A stretch of DNA of 64,000 nucleotides. Source: Candidatus Omnitrophota bacterium. GTDB taxonomy: Bacteria; Omnitrophota; Gorgyraeia; 2-02-FULL-51-18. The position numbers and the translations under genes were made by a program. Shown piece after piece: positions 1 to 9,148 of the stretch. Numbering within the stretch: the first letter of the stretch is position 1; every line of letters begins with the position of its first letter. Location of the stretch: assembly GCA_945877765.1 (NCBI GenBank), contig CAMDWQ010000006.1, positions 15,046 to 79,045 on the forward strand, in the 5' to 3' direction. The notes below the pieces were generated by a model that saw nothing but the letters and a program-made list of their open reading frames with translations, did not search any database and had not been told where the DNA came from.

Positions 1-2
1 TC

Positions 3-158
3 TTGTTTGAAGCTGGTTTTTTTGCGGCGCGCCTCAACGTTGAGATTAACCTCGCCTCCATGAAGGACAAAAAATCGGTATCAAAAATTAAAAGCCAGCT
101 GAGCACAATCGCTGGGCAGGTTGTAAAACTAAAAAAAATAATAGGATGCGCCCCATGA
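3..158 (+). CDS. possible 3' end of an upstream gene truncated by the window edge
   Basis: Reading frame open from the window edge for about 51 codons, ending with TGA at 156-158 and overlapping the folD start by 13 nt. No recognisable motif. Weak support only. Confidence 0.2.
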   Translation: MFEAGFFAARLNVEINLASMKDKKSVSKIKSQLSTIAGQVVKLKKIIGCAP

Positions 159-997
159 CGCAGGCCCAGCTTCTCAACGGAAGCCAGATAGCCCAGAAGA
201 GGCTTGCAATCGCACGTCAGAGGATCACCGATCTTCGCGTGAAAGAGCTCACTCTTGCCACTGTCATGATCGGAGAGTCCCAGGATGCGATGGTTTACTC
301 AAGATATTTAACAGGAATGCTTGGCAAGCTCGGAATACGGCTTGTGAGCAAAATATTTCCCGCGGATGCCCAGGAAAAAACAGTATTAAAACAGATTGAG
401 CGCCTCAATAAAGACAAAAAAATCACCGGAATCATGATTTTTTCTCCGATTCCTAAGCACATCAACCCCACCAACGTTTTTGATCAGATCGATATGTTGA
501 AGGATGCTGAAGGACGCACTTTTCTCAAGAGCCATTTGGGCGTTTTTTCGCCGACCGCTCATGCGGTAATCACACTTTTGGATGCGACGGGCATTGATTT
601 CTCAGGAAAAGAGGCGATTGTTGTCGGTAATAGTGATCTGGTGGGCAAACCCACAGCCGTTCTTCTGTCAGACCGTTTTGCCACCGTGACGATCTGCCAC
701 ATCAAAACGCGTGATATTGCTGAGCATATTCGCCGAGCGGACATCGTCGTGGCTGCCGCCGGAAAATCCGAAGTGATCAAGGGGGATTGGCTTAAGACTG
801 GCGCGATCGTCATCGATGTGGGGGAGAATGTTTCCGGCGGAAAGATCACTGGGGACGTAGAATTTGAAAGCGCTAAGACCCGCGCTTCGTTCATCACGCC
901 GGTTCCCGGGGGCGTCGGACCTGTCACCAACGCCATGCTGGTTGAAAATTTAATTCGCCTGTATCAACTTCAAAGGGGGCGCCGTGGAAATCGTTAA
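146..997 (+). CDS. folD: bifunctional methylenetetrahydrofolate dehydrogenase / methenyl-THF cyclohydrolase
   Basis: 283 aa. C-terminal PVPGGVGPVTNAMLVENL motif and overall length typical of FolD. ATG at 146. Confidence 0.85.
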   Translation: MRPMTQAQLLNGSQIAQKRLAIARQRITDLRVKELTLATVMIGESQDAMVYSRYLTGMLGKLGIRLVSKIFPADAQEKTVLKQIERLNKDKKITGIMIFSPIPKHINPTNVFDQIDMLKDAEGRTFLKSHLGVFSPTAHAVITLLDATGIDFSGKEAIVVGNSDLVGKPTAVLLSDRFATVTICHIKTRDIAEHIRRADIVVAAAGKSEVIKGDWLKTGAIVIDVGENVSGGKITGDVEFESAKTRASFITPVPGGVGPVTNAMLVENLIRLYQLQRGRRGNR

Positions 998-1850
998 ACT
1001 ATTAGAAAAAAACAAATTTATTATTACTGCCGAGCTCGGACCTCCCAAAGGGACGAACTTGAACAGTTTTTTTAAACAAGCCGCCTATCTCAAAGGCGTC
1101 GTCCATGCGGCGAATGTGACCGACCAACAGAGCGCTCTTATGAAATTAGGCTCGGTGGCAGCCTGTCATCTTCTGAAAGATTTTGGGATTGAGCCGATCG
1201 CGCAGATTGTTTGCCGTGATAAGAATCGCATTGCGCTTCAGTCCGAAGTGCTTTCCGCCGCGGTGTTGGGAATTCAAAACATGCTGGTTCTTACCGGCGA
1301 CCCCGTCAAGATAGGCGATCACCCCGATGCAAAACCGGTTTTCGATGTGGACGCTGCGGATCTAATGGCGCTGATTCAAAAAATGAACGGTGGAATGGAC
1401 ATGACTGATCATCCACTGGACGGGGTGCCTGGAATTTGCGTGGGAGCCGCTCTCAACCCTTGCGTTGACGATGTGGAAACAGAAATCTCCAAGACACGCC
1501 GAAAAATAGAAAAAGGTGCTCAATTTTTTCAAACGCAGGGCATTTTTGAAATTGCCCGCTTTAAACGCTTTATGGATCGCTACCAAAAAGAGGGCTTTAA
1601 AGTCCCAGTGCTAGCAGGAATCATCCCTCTCAAATCCGTAAAAATGGCCAATTTTATGAACGAGAAAATCCCCGGTATTTTTATCCCTCAAGAGATGATT
1701 GCCCGATTTGAAAATCAGCCCCAAGCCAAGAAAGAATCCATCAAAATCGCCTGCGAGATCATTGAAGCCGCCAAGCCCTATTGCCAGGGAGTTCATTTGA
1801 TGGCGATTGGGTGGGAAGAGTTGATTCCTGAGATTGTTCAAAGCATCTAG
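984..1850 (+). CDS. metF: 5,10-methylenetetrahydrofolate reductase (short MetF type)
   Basis: 288 aa. ELGPPKG ... HLL ... IAQIVCRD ... MLVLTGD pattern matches the MetF TIM-barrel. GTG start 4 nt after AAGGGGG. Overlaps the folD 3' end by 14 nt. Confidence 0.75.
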   Translation: MEIVKLLEKNKFIITAELGPPKGTNLNSFFKQAAYLKGVVHAANVTDQQSALMKLGSVAACHLLKDFGIEPIAQIVCRDKNRIALQSEVLSAAVLGIQNMLVLTGDPVKIGDHPDAKPVFDVDAADLMALIQKMNGGMDMTDHPLDGVPGICVGAALNPCVDDVETEISKTRRKIEKGAQFFQTQGIFEIARFKRFMDRYQKEGFKVPVLAGIIPLKSVKMANFMNEKIPGIFIPQEMIARFENQPQAKKESIKIACEIIEAAKPYCQGVHLMAIGWEELIPEIVQSI

Positions 1851-2233
1851 CAGCCTTAACTGCCTGATAAAAAAGGCACTTTTCCCATTTAATCAAAAAA
1901 GCTTATCTTAATAAACGTAACCCATTTAATTAGTATGGCTTATAAATCTTTACTTCTATGATAATTTGCTTTTATTGTCTTAAATCGGGAGGATTAGCGG
2001 CCTGTTAAAAAAAGTATGCAGGAGCTATTGACAATATGACAATATCGGGCATACTTCAAATATAGATTAAATAAGTTCCTATGTTTTAAGGTGTTGGGTG
2101 TCTCCAAAACGACAACCCAGTCCTCAGTCCTGCAGTCCTGGGACACGCACCTAATTCACGCATTGTTGGATAATCCTAAGGGGAAAATGCATTCAGACTA
2201 GACCGTACAAAAGTGGCAAATTTAAGGAGCTTT

Positions 2234-3055
2234 ATGAATAAATTTAAACTAGTTTCTCTCGCAGGTCTCGGCATGATTGCCCTCACTATTCCTGTTTTTG
2301 CGGCAGAGAGGTCGACTGTTGCTGACCGCCTAATGCCTGAATCGCGATCTACCCAAGCAGTTGAGGCCGAAGTATCCCAGAAACAGACGATAGAGGATAT
2401 AACTACGCAAATTGCGCATGAGGACCAGAAATTAAACGAGCAACAAAAGTCCGGTGTATCCAATACAAATCAGGCTGGTGGTGGGCTTGGAGCGAAACCA
2501 ACCGCAGAGACTAAGGTTGGTGAGTTAGCAAGCGCTCCCGATAAACCCTCCCTTGGATCTACAAGTCAAGAGCAGCAGGGAACTAATTCCAATACAGACC
2601 CCGTGGGTCTGGAGCCTGCTACCTTTGATAGCTCCCATATCATCGATGGGCAAAGACAACAGCTGCTCGGATCGCTGAGAAGAGGCTTGAGAGAAAAGGA
2701 AGCAGAGAAAAATAAAATAGAAAAGAAATTAGATATAAAAAAGAAGGCGTTGGCGGAGCTTCTTGTTGACACGGATATTGATGCGCTAAAAAAATCGGTA
2801 TATAGTGCTTTTGACGCATACGAGCAAGCCGAAGCTGAGTATGCCGCTATTGATGAAGATGACCAAGAAGGACTAGACGCGCAAAAGAAAATCGTCGAAG
2901 GGCTTCACGAGGTTTATCTCAAAAAGGCGGCTACGTATCAGGCGGCGCGTGAGCTAATAATGGCCATCTATGAATTAGATCTCCAGATTATTAATCTCCA
3001 AAATGAAATAAATAGAATTTTAGCAGATATTAAGAAGGTTGAAGAGCAGCCGTAA
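2234..3055 (+). CDS. secreted low-complexity / coiled-coil protein, function unknown
   Basis: AAGGAG RBS 4 nt before ATG at 2234. Signal-peptide-like N-terminus (LVSLAGLGMIALTIPVFAAE). C-terminal half is K/E-rich, consistent with coiled coil. Confidence 0.5.
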   Translation: MNKFKLVSLAGLGMIALTIPVFAAERSTVADRLMPESRSTQAVEAEVSQKQTIEDITTQIAHEDQKLNEQQKSGVSNTNQAGGGLGAKPTAETKVGELASAPDKPSLGSTSQEQQGTNSNTDPVGLEPATFDSSHIIDGQRQQLLGSLRRGLREKEAEKNKIEKKLDIKKKALAELLVDTDIDALKKSVYSAFDAYEQAEAEYAAIDEDDQEGLDAQKKIVEGLHEVYLKKAATYQAARELIMAIYELDLQIINLQNEINRILADIKKVEEQP

Positions 3056-3277
3056 AAAAAATCATAAGGGCTTAAATAAAGCAAAGGGGTCAAATCTCCT
3101 CTTGGCTATATTGAAATTTCTCTACCGTCCGGTAAATATAAAATTGTGTAGCTCGCCAAGATATTTGAGGCAGGACGCGAATTTTTTATAAGCTCTGCAA
3201 GAAATGTTAAGATAGGGCTCCTTGAATATGATATATCAATATGATATACTTTTGATATATAAGGGGGTGACCTATTT

Positions 3278-3508
3278 ATGCCTGTAATGACAAAAAGAAT
3301 ATTAGTAAATCTTCCCAGTAAACTATATGAGGATTTGAAGACTTTGGCCAAGGCGGAGTACAAATCTATCTCTGGTGTTATCCGAGAGTCCATTCTTGAT
3401 AAGCTAGAGGGCGGAATCTCAAAGAGCGAGACAGATTTCATTGAGAAGGGCAGATCCGAGCACCGCCAAGGCAAGGGTGTGAATTGGCGATCAGTAAAGC
3501 GTGGCTAG
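3278..3508 (+). CDS. ribbon-helix-helix (CopG-like) antitoxin
   Basis: 76 aa, AAGGGGG RBS. N-terminal KRILVNLPSKLYEDLKTLAK is RHH-like. Overlaps the downstream toxin gene by 8 nt. Confidence 0.6.
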   Translation: MPVMTKRILVNLPSKLYEDLKTLAKAEYKSISGVIRESILDKLEGGISKSETDFIEKGRSEHRQGKGVNWRSVKRG

Positions 3509-3773
3509 CTACAAAGTCATCCTCCAGTCTCAGCCTGAGAAATACTACCAAAAAACTCAGGCGAAGATCGCCAAGGCGATTGAGAAGTGTTTTGAGTTGC
3601 TTGAAGACAATCCCAGACAGCGTCTAGGAAAACTCAAAGAGCTTAAAGGTTATGACAATGTTTATCGCTACCAGGTAGGACACCTAAGAATCATCTACGA
3701 AATCCACGAGGATAAAAAAGAAGTCTCTGTCATGAGTATTTGGCCGCGAGGAGACGTTTACAAAAAACTATAG
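3501..3773 (+). CDS. RelE/ParE-family type II toxin
   Basis: 90 aa, GTG start overlapping the antitoxin stop. Basic small protein with a RelE/ParE-like C-terminus (GHLRIIYEIHEDKKEVSVMSIWPRGDVYKKL). Confidence 0.6.
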   Translation: MASYKVILQSQPEKYYQKTQAKIAKAIEKCFELLEDNPRQRLGKLKELKGYDNVYRYQVGHLRIIYEIHEDKKEVSVMSIWPRGDVYKKL

Positions 3774-3866
3774 AAAATAGGGCCTCTATTTGGATAATAC
3801 TTTTTTGAAGAAATCTAAGAGTTTGATTTGCGGGGATGTGGCAGTAGGTCGAATCGTTTCTTTAAA

Positions 3867-3996
3867 CCAACGCCCCCTAACCCCCTCTTTGAATTAAAGA
3901 GGGGGGAGCGCGCTAATTCCAGATCTTTACAAAAGACAGGGGAGCCCAGCACATTCATACCCCCTCTTTACTAAAGAGGGGGCTAGGGGGCGTTGG
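3867..3996. repeat. MITE/REP-like nested inverted-repeat element
   Basis: Perfect 13-bp terminal inverted repeats: ccaacgcccccta (3867-3879) and tagggggcgttgg (3984-3996). Each is immediately adjacent to a perfect 10-bp-stem hairpin: ccccctctttgaattaaagaggggg (3881-3905) and ccccctctttactaaagaggggg (3960-3982). Confidence 0.6.
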
Positions 3997-4118
3997 TCAA
4001 AGTAAATTTGGCATTACGTTTGCACCGGACATTGTTCAAGAAATAGGAATAGGCTCAAGCATCCCACTTAAAAAGCCCTCTACGATTCCCACCTGTTCTG
4101 TATTATAATGACAGGCTT

Positions 4119-4970
4119 ATGTTAAAAAATACCTTTTTCAAAAAATCAATCAAGCGCGGCACGAAGTATGTCATGCTCACTGCCTACGACGCCCTGACCT
4201 CCCGTGTGCTTGAAGCGGCAGGGGTTGATTTCATTTTGGTTGGGGATTCGGTAGGCATGGTGCTTTTGGGCTATCCCAACACCTCTTGCGTTACCATGGA
4301 TGAAATGATTCACCACGCCAAAGCGGTGCGGCGGGGGGCTCCCAAAAGTTGTGTGGTGGGGGATTTGCCAAAAAAAGGCGTAGAGAAGGGGCCTAAGCAA
4401 GCACTGTTATCTGCCAAGCGTTTTAGGGATGAGGCAAAAATAAATGTGGTCAAGATAGAGTGGGGAAAAGACTGTCTTCGGTCGACCGAGTCGATCGTTC
4501 GTCAAAAGATTGCCGTGCAGGGGCACGTCGGCCTGACTCCTCAGGCGGTTAAAAATGCTACTGGATTTAGGCTTCAGGGGAAAACAGCAGTCACCGCCTT
4601 AAAAATTTTTAAACAGGCGAAAGCGTTTGAAAGTGCTGGCGCATCACTCCTTCTTTTGGAGTGCATCCCCTGGCAATTAGCTAAACTGATTCAAGAAAAT
4701 GTAAGCATTCCCACAATCGGTATTGGCGCGGGGCCTTACTGTGATGGACAAGTACTTGTGTTTCAGGATTTAATCGGTATGTTTGATCAATTTAAACCAA
4801 AATTTGTCCGGCGGTATGCCGAAACTTCGGCTGAGGTTAAAAAAGCGGTGGTTGGTTACGCTCGCGATGTGCGCCAAAACCGTTTTCCTGGACTGGGCGA
4901 AAGTTTTAGCTTGGACGCTGTGGAGTTTGAAAAATTAAGGCTAGCTGTAAAAAGAGGTCAGACGCGATGA
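4119..4970 (+). CDS. panB: 3-methyl-2-oxobutanoate hydroxymethyltransferase
   Basis: 283 aa. MLTAYDA...GVDFILVGDSVGMVLLGY motif is diagnostic of PanB. TATAAT-like box at 4104-4109 just upstream. Confidence 0.85.
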   Translation: MLKNTFFKKSIKRGTKYVMLTAYDALTSRVLEAAGVDFILVGDSVGMVLLGYPNTSCVTMDEMIHHAKAVRRGAPKSCVVGDLPKKGVEKGPKQALLSAKRFRDEAKINVVKIEWGKDCLRSTESIVRQKIAVQGHVGLTPQAVKNATGFRLQGKTAVTALKIFKQAKAFESAGASLLLLECIPWQLAKLIQENVSIPTIGIGAGPYCDGQVLVFQDLIGMFDQFKPKFVRRYAETSAEVKKAVVGYARDVRQNRFPGLGESFSLDAVEFEKLRLAVKRGQTR

Positions 4971-5611
4971 ATTTTCTATTTTTTTTAGCGGCTTTTTTAT
5001 TTTATTTTGTAACCCTTGCTTTTTGTTTTACTCGTTTTGAATCGCGGCATCATCCGGCTCGCTATTTCGTCCTGTTTTCCTTACCCGTAGCAATGCTTGT
5101 TTTTCTTTTTGCTGTTATTTATCTCCACCCAATAACGCAAGACGCCGCTGATCGGGAGCCAACCCGCTGGCTATGGCTGCATTTGGGTCTGATCCTTTCG
5201 GGTTTGGCGGGCCTTCTGACAGCCGTCTCCAGCGCCATGATGTATCTTTTGCAATCCGCACAGCTTAAATCCAAACACCTGAAAAACTATTTTTTTAAAC
5301 TTCCGTCGCTGGATTCTCTGGACCGCGTGCATTTTATTTCACTGGTGTGGGGCTGTGTACTTTTTTCATTGGGAATCTTAAGCGGGATTCTCTGGGCGCA
5401 AAACTTAAAAGAGCTGGGCCAGTGGCTCGGCGACAAGAAAGTCATTCTCTCACTGGCAACTTGCCTGATGTATTGGGGAATTCTTTTTTTACGCTTTTCA
5501 TCCCTGCGCCGCGGGCAAAAAATTGCCATTGGAACTGTTTTTGTTTTTATCCTTTTATTTGTGACGATTGTCAGCTCGCACGACGTGAGTCGTTTTGCCG
5601 GGAGAGTTTGA
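4967..5611 (+). CDS. HemX/CcsA-like cytochrome c assembly family membrane protein
   Basis: 214 aa polytopic membrane protein located between panB and hemA, with ATGA overlaps on both sides. Matches the usual position of hemX (CcsA-like) in hemA operons. Confidence 0.5.
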   Translation: MNFLFFLAAFLFYFVTLAFCFTRFESRHHPARYFVLFSLPVAMLVFLFAVIYLHPITQDAADREPTRWLWLHLGLILSGLAGLLTAVSSAMMYLLQSAQLKSKHLKNYFFKLPSLDSLDRVHFISLVWGCVLFSLGILSGILWAQNLKELGQWLGDKKVILSLATCLMYWGILFLRFSSLRRGQKIAIGTVFVFILLFVTIVSSHDVSRFAGRV

Positions 5612-6660
5612 TGGAAATCCTAGTGATGGGTTTAAATCATAAAACGGCGCCGGTTGAAATTCGCGAAAAACTTAGTGTGCCTGCCAATGAGGCGATGGGC
5701 TTTCTAAAGCGTTTTGAGCAAAAGAGGATATTTGACGAGCAAGTGCTTCTTTCGACATGCAATCGCACTGAAATTTACGGTGTCGTCCAAAACCATGCCG
5801 AAGCCGTGGATGCCGCTAAAAGAATTTTGTGTGAATACTCGCATCTGGATTTAGCTTCCTTTGAAGATAAGCTTTATGTGCTTAAACAACCGGATTCGGT
5901 TAGGCATCTTTTTTCCGTGGCCTCAGGGCTTGATTCGATGGTAATCGGGGAAACTGAAATCACCGGTCAGGTGAAGGAGGCTTATCTCGCGGCTCACCAA
6001 AACCGGCACACCGGCAAGGTGCTGAATAATCTTTTTCAGCGCTCCCTGAAGGTGGCTAAGAATTTACGAACTCACACAGAGATAGGTGTTGGCCGTGTCA
6101 GCGTCGCATCGGTGGCAGTGGATCTGGCCGAAAAAATATTTGATGATTTAAAAGGGGTTCGTGTCATGGTCATTGGGACAGGCGAAATGGCGGCGCAACT
6201 TTTAAAAGCTATGACCGGTCACGGCGCACGAGCGCTAATCGTCTCCAGTCACCATGAAGAACGGGCGCGGGAACTTGTACGGGAATTTGGCGGGGAAGCG
6301 GTGCCCTACGAACTCTTTGAGAAAAAAATGGGCGAGGTGGATATTCTTTTAACTTCTACATTTTCCTCTCACTGCATCGTTACTGAAAATCAGGTTCGCT
6401 CCTGGATGAGGGCGCGCCACGACAAACCTCTCTTTCTTGTTGATATTGCTATGCCCCGAAACATAGAGGCATCCACTGAAAAAATGGACAACGTTTACCT
6501 TTACAATATCGATGACTTGAAAGAAATTGCGGATAAGAACAAAGCGCTTCGGGAAGGACAGCTTGAAACCTGCGCCCATCTGGTGCAAGCGCAAACTCAG
6601 TACTTCATGGATTGGCTTTTTAAGGAATTTAACTCAAAGATTGCGGCTTCCGGATCATGA
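5611..6660 (+). CDS. hemA: glutamyl-tRNA reductase
   Basis: Starts MEILVMGLNHKTAPVEIREKL, with catalytic-Cys region LLSTCNRTEIY. ATG at 5611 overlaps the upstream TGA. The 5347 start in the ORF track is an upstream extension and was rejected. Confidence 0.9.
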   Translation: MEILVMGLNHKTAPVEIREKLSVPANEAMGFLKRFEQKRIFDEQVLLSTCNRTEIYGVVQNHAEAVDAAKRILCEYSHLDLASFEDKLYVLKQPDSVRHLFSVASGLDSMVIGETEITGQVKEAYLAAHQNRHTGKVLNNLFQRSLKVAKNLRTHTEIGVGRVSVASVAVDLAEKIFDDLKGVRVMVIGTGEMAAQLLKAMTGHGARALIVSSHHEERARELVREFGGEAVPYELFEKKMGEVDILLTSTFSSHCIVTENQVRSWMRARHDKPLFLVDIAMPRNIEASTEKMDNVYLYNIDDLKEIADKNKALREGQLETCAHLVQAQTQYFMDWLFKEFNSKIAASGS

Positions 6661-7604
6661 AGCCAAAACTAAAAATTATCCGGATTGGCTCAAGAGGAAG
6701 TTTATTGGCTCTGACGCAAGCGCACGGGGTAATGCGAGCTCTTCAGCAAAAAAACCCCAAATATTGTTTCAAGCTTTCAGTGATTAAAACTACCGGCGAT
6801 GTGTATCAAGGGGTAGAGCTTTTTAAAAAAAATAATATCGGTGTTTTTACTAAAGAAATTGAAAAGCGCCTTCTTTCTGGCGATGTGGATATTGCCGTGC
6901 ATAGTCTAAAGGACTTACCTACCGATGTGCCGCAGGGTCTTGTGCTGGCCGCATTTCCCGCCAGACTAGACACTCGAGATGTTTTAATTTCAAAGAAAAA
7001 GTACACGCTTAAAACGCTTCCCAAAAATGCTACCGTTGCCACCGGTAGTCCGCGTCGCAAAAGGCAACTGCAAATTTTGCGTCCCGATCTACGCGTGGTT
7101 GACCTGCGGGGCAATCTCGACACGCGGGTTGGGAGAGTACTTAAAAATGATTTTCACGCGATTGTGGTGGCTCGGGCGGGCCTGTTACGCCTTAAGCGCT
7201 ATCTAAAATACGCCACGCCTATTCCGTCACATCAGATTTTACCGGCGGTGGGTCAGGCGGCGCTGGGTCTTGAGGCTAGGATCGACGATGTGACCACCTT
7301 AAAAATGCTGACTCGTCTGGACCATGCGCCGACCCGGGCGAGGGTAGGCTGTGAGAGAGCCTTTTTAAAAACTCTTCACGGCGGCTGCCGCGTGCCCGTT
7401 GGAGTTAACTCCAAAATTTACAGAGGAAAAATTGAATTACAAGCTTTCGTATTCTCAACGCTTAACAATCGATGGATTTCAGGAATTTTGAGCGGTTCGG
7501 TTAAAAAATATGAGGCCGTGGGAATAGCCCTCGCCAAAAAACTTCTCTCTCGGGGTGCGGGTAAGCTCATGCAAGAAGCGCGCGATGATGGAGCGGTATC
7601 ATGA
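6657..7604 (+). CDS. hemC: hydroxymethylbilane synthase (porphobilinogen deaminase)
   Basis: IRIGSRGSLLALTQA N-terminus, 315 aa. Start overlaps the hemA stop. Confidence 0.9.
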   Translation: MKPKLKIIRIGSRGSLLALTQAHGVMRALQQKNPKYCFKLSVIKTTGDVYQGVELFKKNNIGVFTKEIEKRLLSGDVDIAVHSLKDLPTDVPQGLVLAAFPARLDTRDVLISKKKYTLKTLPKNATVATGSPRRKRQLQILRPDLRVVDLRGNLDTRVGRVLKNDFHAIVVARAGLLRLKRYLKYATPIPSHQILPAVGQAALGLEARIDDVTTLKMLTRLDHAPTRARVGCERAFLKTLHGGCRVPVGVNSKIYRGKIELQAFVFSTLNNRWISGILSGSVKKYEAVGIALAKKLLSRGAGKLMQEARDDGAVS

Positions 7605-9148
7605 AGGGACTTGTTTCCTTGGTGGGCAGCGGGCCGGGAGATCCAGGGCTTCTAACTTTAAAAGCTCAAGAATGTTTACGCCAAGCGGATCTAATTGTGT
7701 ACGATTATTTAGCAAATCCTGATCATTTACGCCACGCCCAAAAAAATGCGGTTAAAATTGGCGTCGGGAAAGGTTTTCGACACAAACTTCTTTCTCAAGA
7801 AAAAATTAATCGTTTGATTATTTCTTCCGCTCAAAAGGGAAAGCGCGTCGTTCGGCTCAAAGGAGGCGATCCTTATCTTTTCGGCCGCGGCGGGGAGGAA
7901 GCACTGCTTCTTGAAAAAAACAAAATCCCATTTGAGGTTGTCCCCGGAGTCACAAGCGCCACGGCCTGTGCGGCATATGCTGGGATTCCTCTGACTCACC
8001 GAGATCATAATTCGTCGATTACATTTTTGACTGGGCATCGCGCTCAAGATGATAGCCTTGACTCCATCCCTTGGAAGAAAATTGCGGGCATTGGCGGCAC
8101 GCTGGTCATTTACATGGGATTGTATAATCTTCCCAAAATCGCCAAACATCTGATTCTTGCGGGAATGCCGCCTGCTACCGCCGTTGCCGTCATTCAATGG
8201 GGAACGCTTCCGCAGCAGAGAACGGTGGTAGCGCCGCTAGGAGACATTGCGCTAGCGGTTAAAAAATCCAAGCTGGGGCCTCCCTGCATCATTTTAATTG
8301 GCGACGTGGTATCGCTAAGAAACAAGCTTGGCTGGTTTGAAAAATTACCGCTTTTTGGAAAAAAAATTCTAATCACGCGGGCGCCTGACCGGGCAGGCTC
8401 GTTTCGCCAGCAATTGACTGGCTTGGGCGCCGAAGCCATCGAAATGCCTCTCATCCAGATAGAGGAGCCGCCTGATTTTAAAAAAATGGACCAGGCTATC
8501 AATGATCTCAAAAAAGGCGATTGGGCAGTTTTTGCCAGCGCTTATGGGGTGGAGGCTTTTTTTAAAAGGCTTCACTTTCTGGGGCTAGACACACGCTATC
8601 TTGCTGGGATACACATTGCCAGTGTCGGAACAAAAACAAGCGCCGCCCTTCTAAATCATGGCGTCAATACCGATTTAGAACCTGAGCAATTTGAAAGCGC
8701 TGCTATTCTACGGGCGCTAAAAAAAGGCAAAAAAGAGATTAAAAACAAAAAATTTATTTTATTTAGGACTAATATCGCACCGCCCGATCTTGAGCAAAAT
8801 TTAAAAAAAGCGGGCGCTCTGGTGAAGCCTGTGACGGCCTATTGCACAACAACCCCCAGCAAAATTTCGGCGGATCTTAAGAAAATGGTTTTGAGGGGCG
8901 AGGTCGATTTTGCAGCATTTACCAGCGCATCGACTGTAGAGGGATTTGTAAAGCACTTTGGCGCCAAGAGTGCGCGCAAAATCGCTCTTAAGACACATTT
9001 TTTAAGTATTGGCCCAGTGACTTCAAAAGCGCTAAAATCTTACGGACTGACGCCGTATTTGCAAGCCAAGACGTTTACGGTGGACGGACTGCTGGAAGCT
9101 CTGATTTTGGACCAGACCAAAAAAATGAAAAAAAAGAGAAAGCGATGA
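7601..9148 (+). CDS. cobA-hemD: uroporphyrinogen-III C-methyltransferase / uroporphyrinogen-III synthase fusion
   Basis: The N-terminal ~240 aa carry the SAM-methyltransferase motif LVGSGPGDPGLLTLKA. The C-terminal ~260 aa are HemD-like. Single 515-aa ORF. Confidence 0.8.
   Translation: MKGLVSLVGSGPGDPGLLTLKAQECLRQADLIVYDYLANPDHLRHAQKNAVKIGVGKGFRHKLLSQEKINRLIISSAQKGKRVVRLKGGDPYLFGRGGEEALLLEKNKIPFEVVPGVTSATACAAYAGIPLTHRDHNSSITFLTGHRAQDDSLDSIPWKKIAGIGGTLVIYMGLYNLPKIAKHLILAGMPPATAVAVIQWGTLPQQRTVVAPLGDIALAVKKSKLGPPCIILIGDVVSLRNKLGWFEKLPLFGKKILITRAPDRAGSFRQQLTGLGAEAIEMPLIQIEEPPDFKKMDQAINDLKKGDWAVFASAYGVEAFFKRLHFLGLDTRYLAGIHIASVGTKTSAALLNHGVNTDLEPEQFESAAILRALKKGKKEIKNKKFILFRTNIAPPDLEQNLKKAGALVKPVTAYCTTTPSKISADLKKMVLRGEVDFAAFTSASTVEGFVKHFGAKSARKIALKTHFLSIGPVTSKALKSYGLTPYLQAKTFTVDGLLEALILDQTKKMKKKRKR

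Noticed and set aside
2118-2139. Short tandem cagtcct x3 repeat in the folD-downstream intergenic region
   Set aside because: Only three imperfect 7-mers. Too short to call a repeat family or regulatory array without other copies.
2176-2463. 95-aa minus-strand ORF overlapping the secreted coiled-coil gene start
   Set aside because: Overlaps the better-supported plus-strand gene (RBS plus signal peptide). Cys-rich junk composition.
5347-5610. N-terminal 88-codon extension of the hemA ORF in the six-frame track
   Set aside because: The extension lies entirely inside the hemX-like gene in another frame. hemA homologs begin at MEILVMGLNHKT, and the ATG at 5611 overlaps the upstream stop in the usual coupled fashion.
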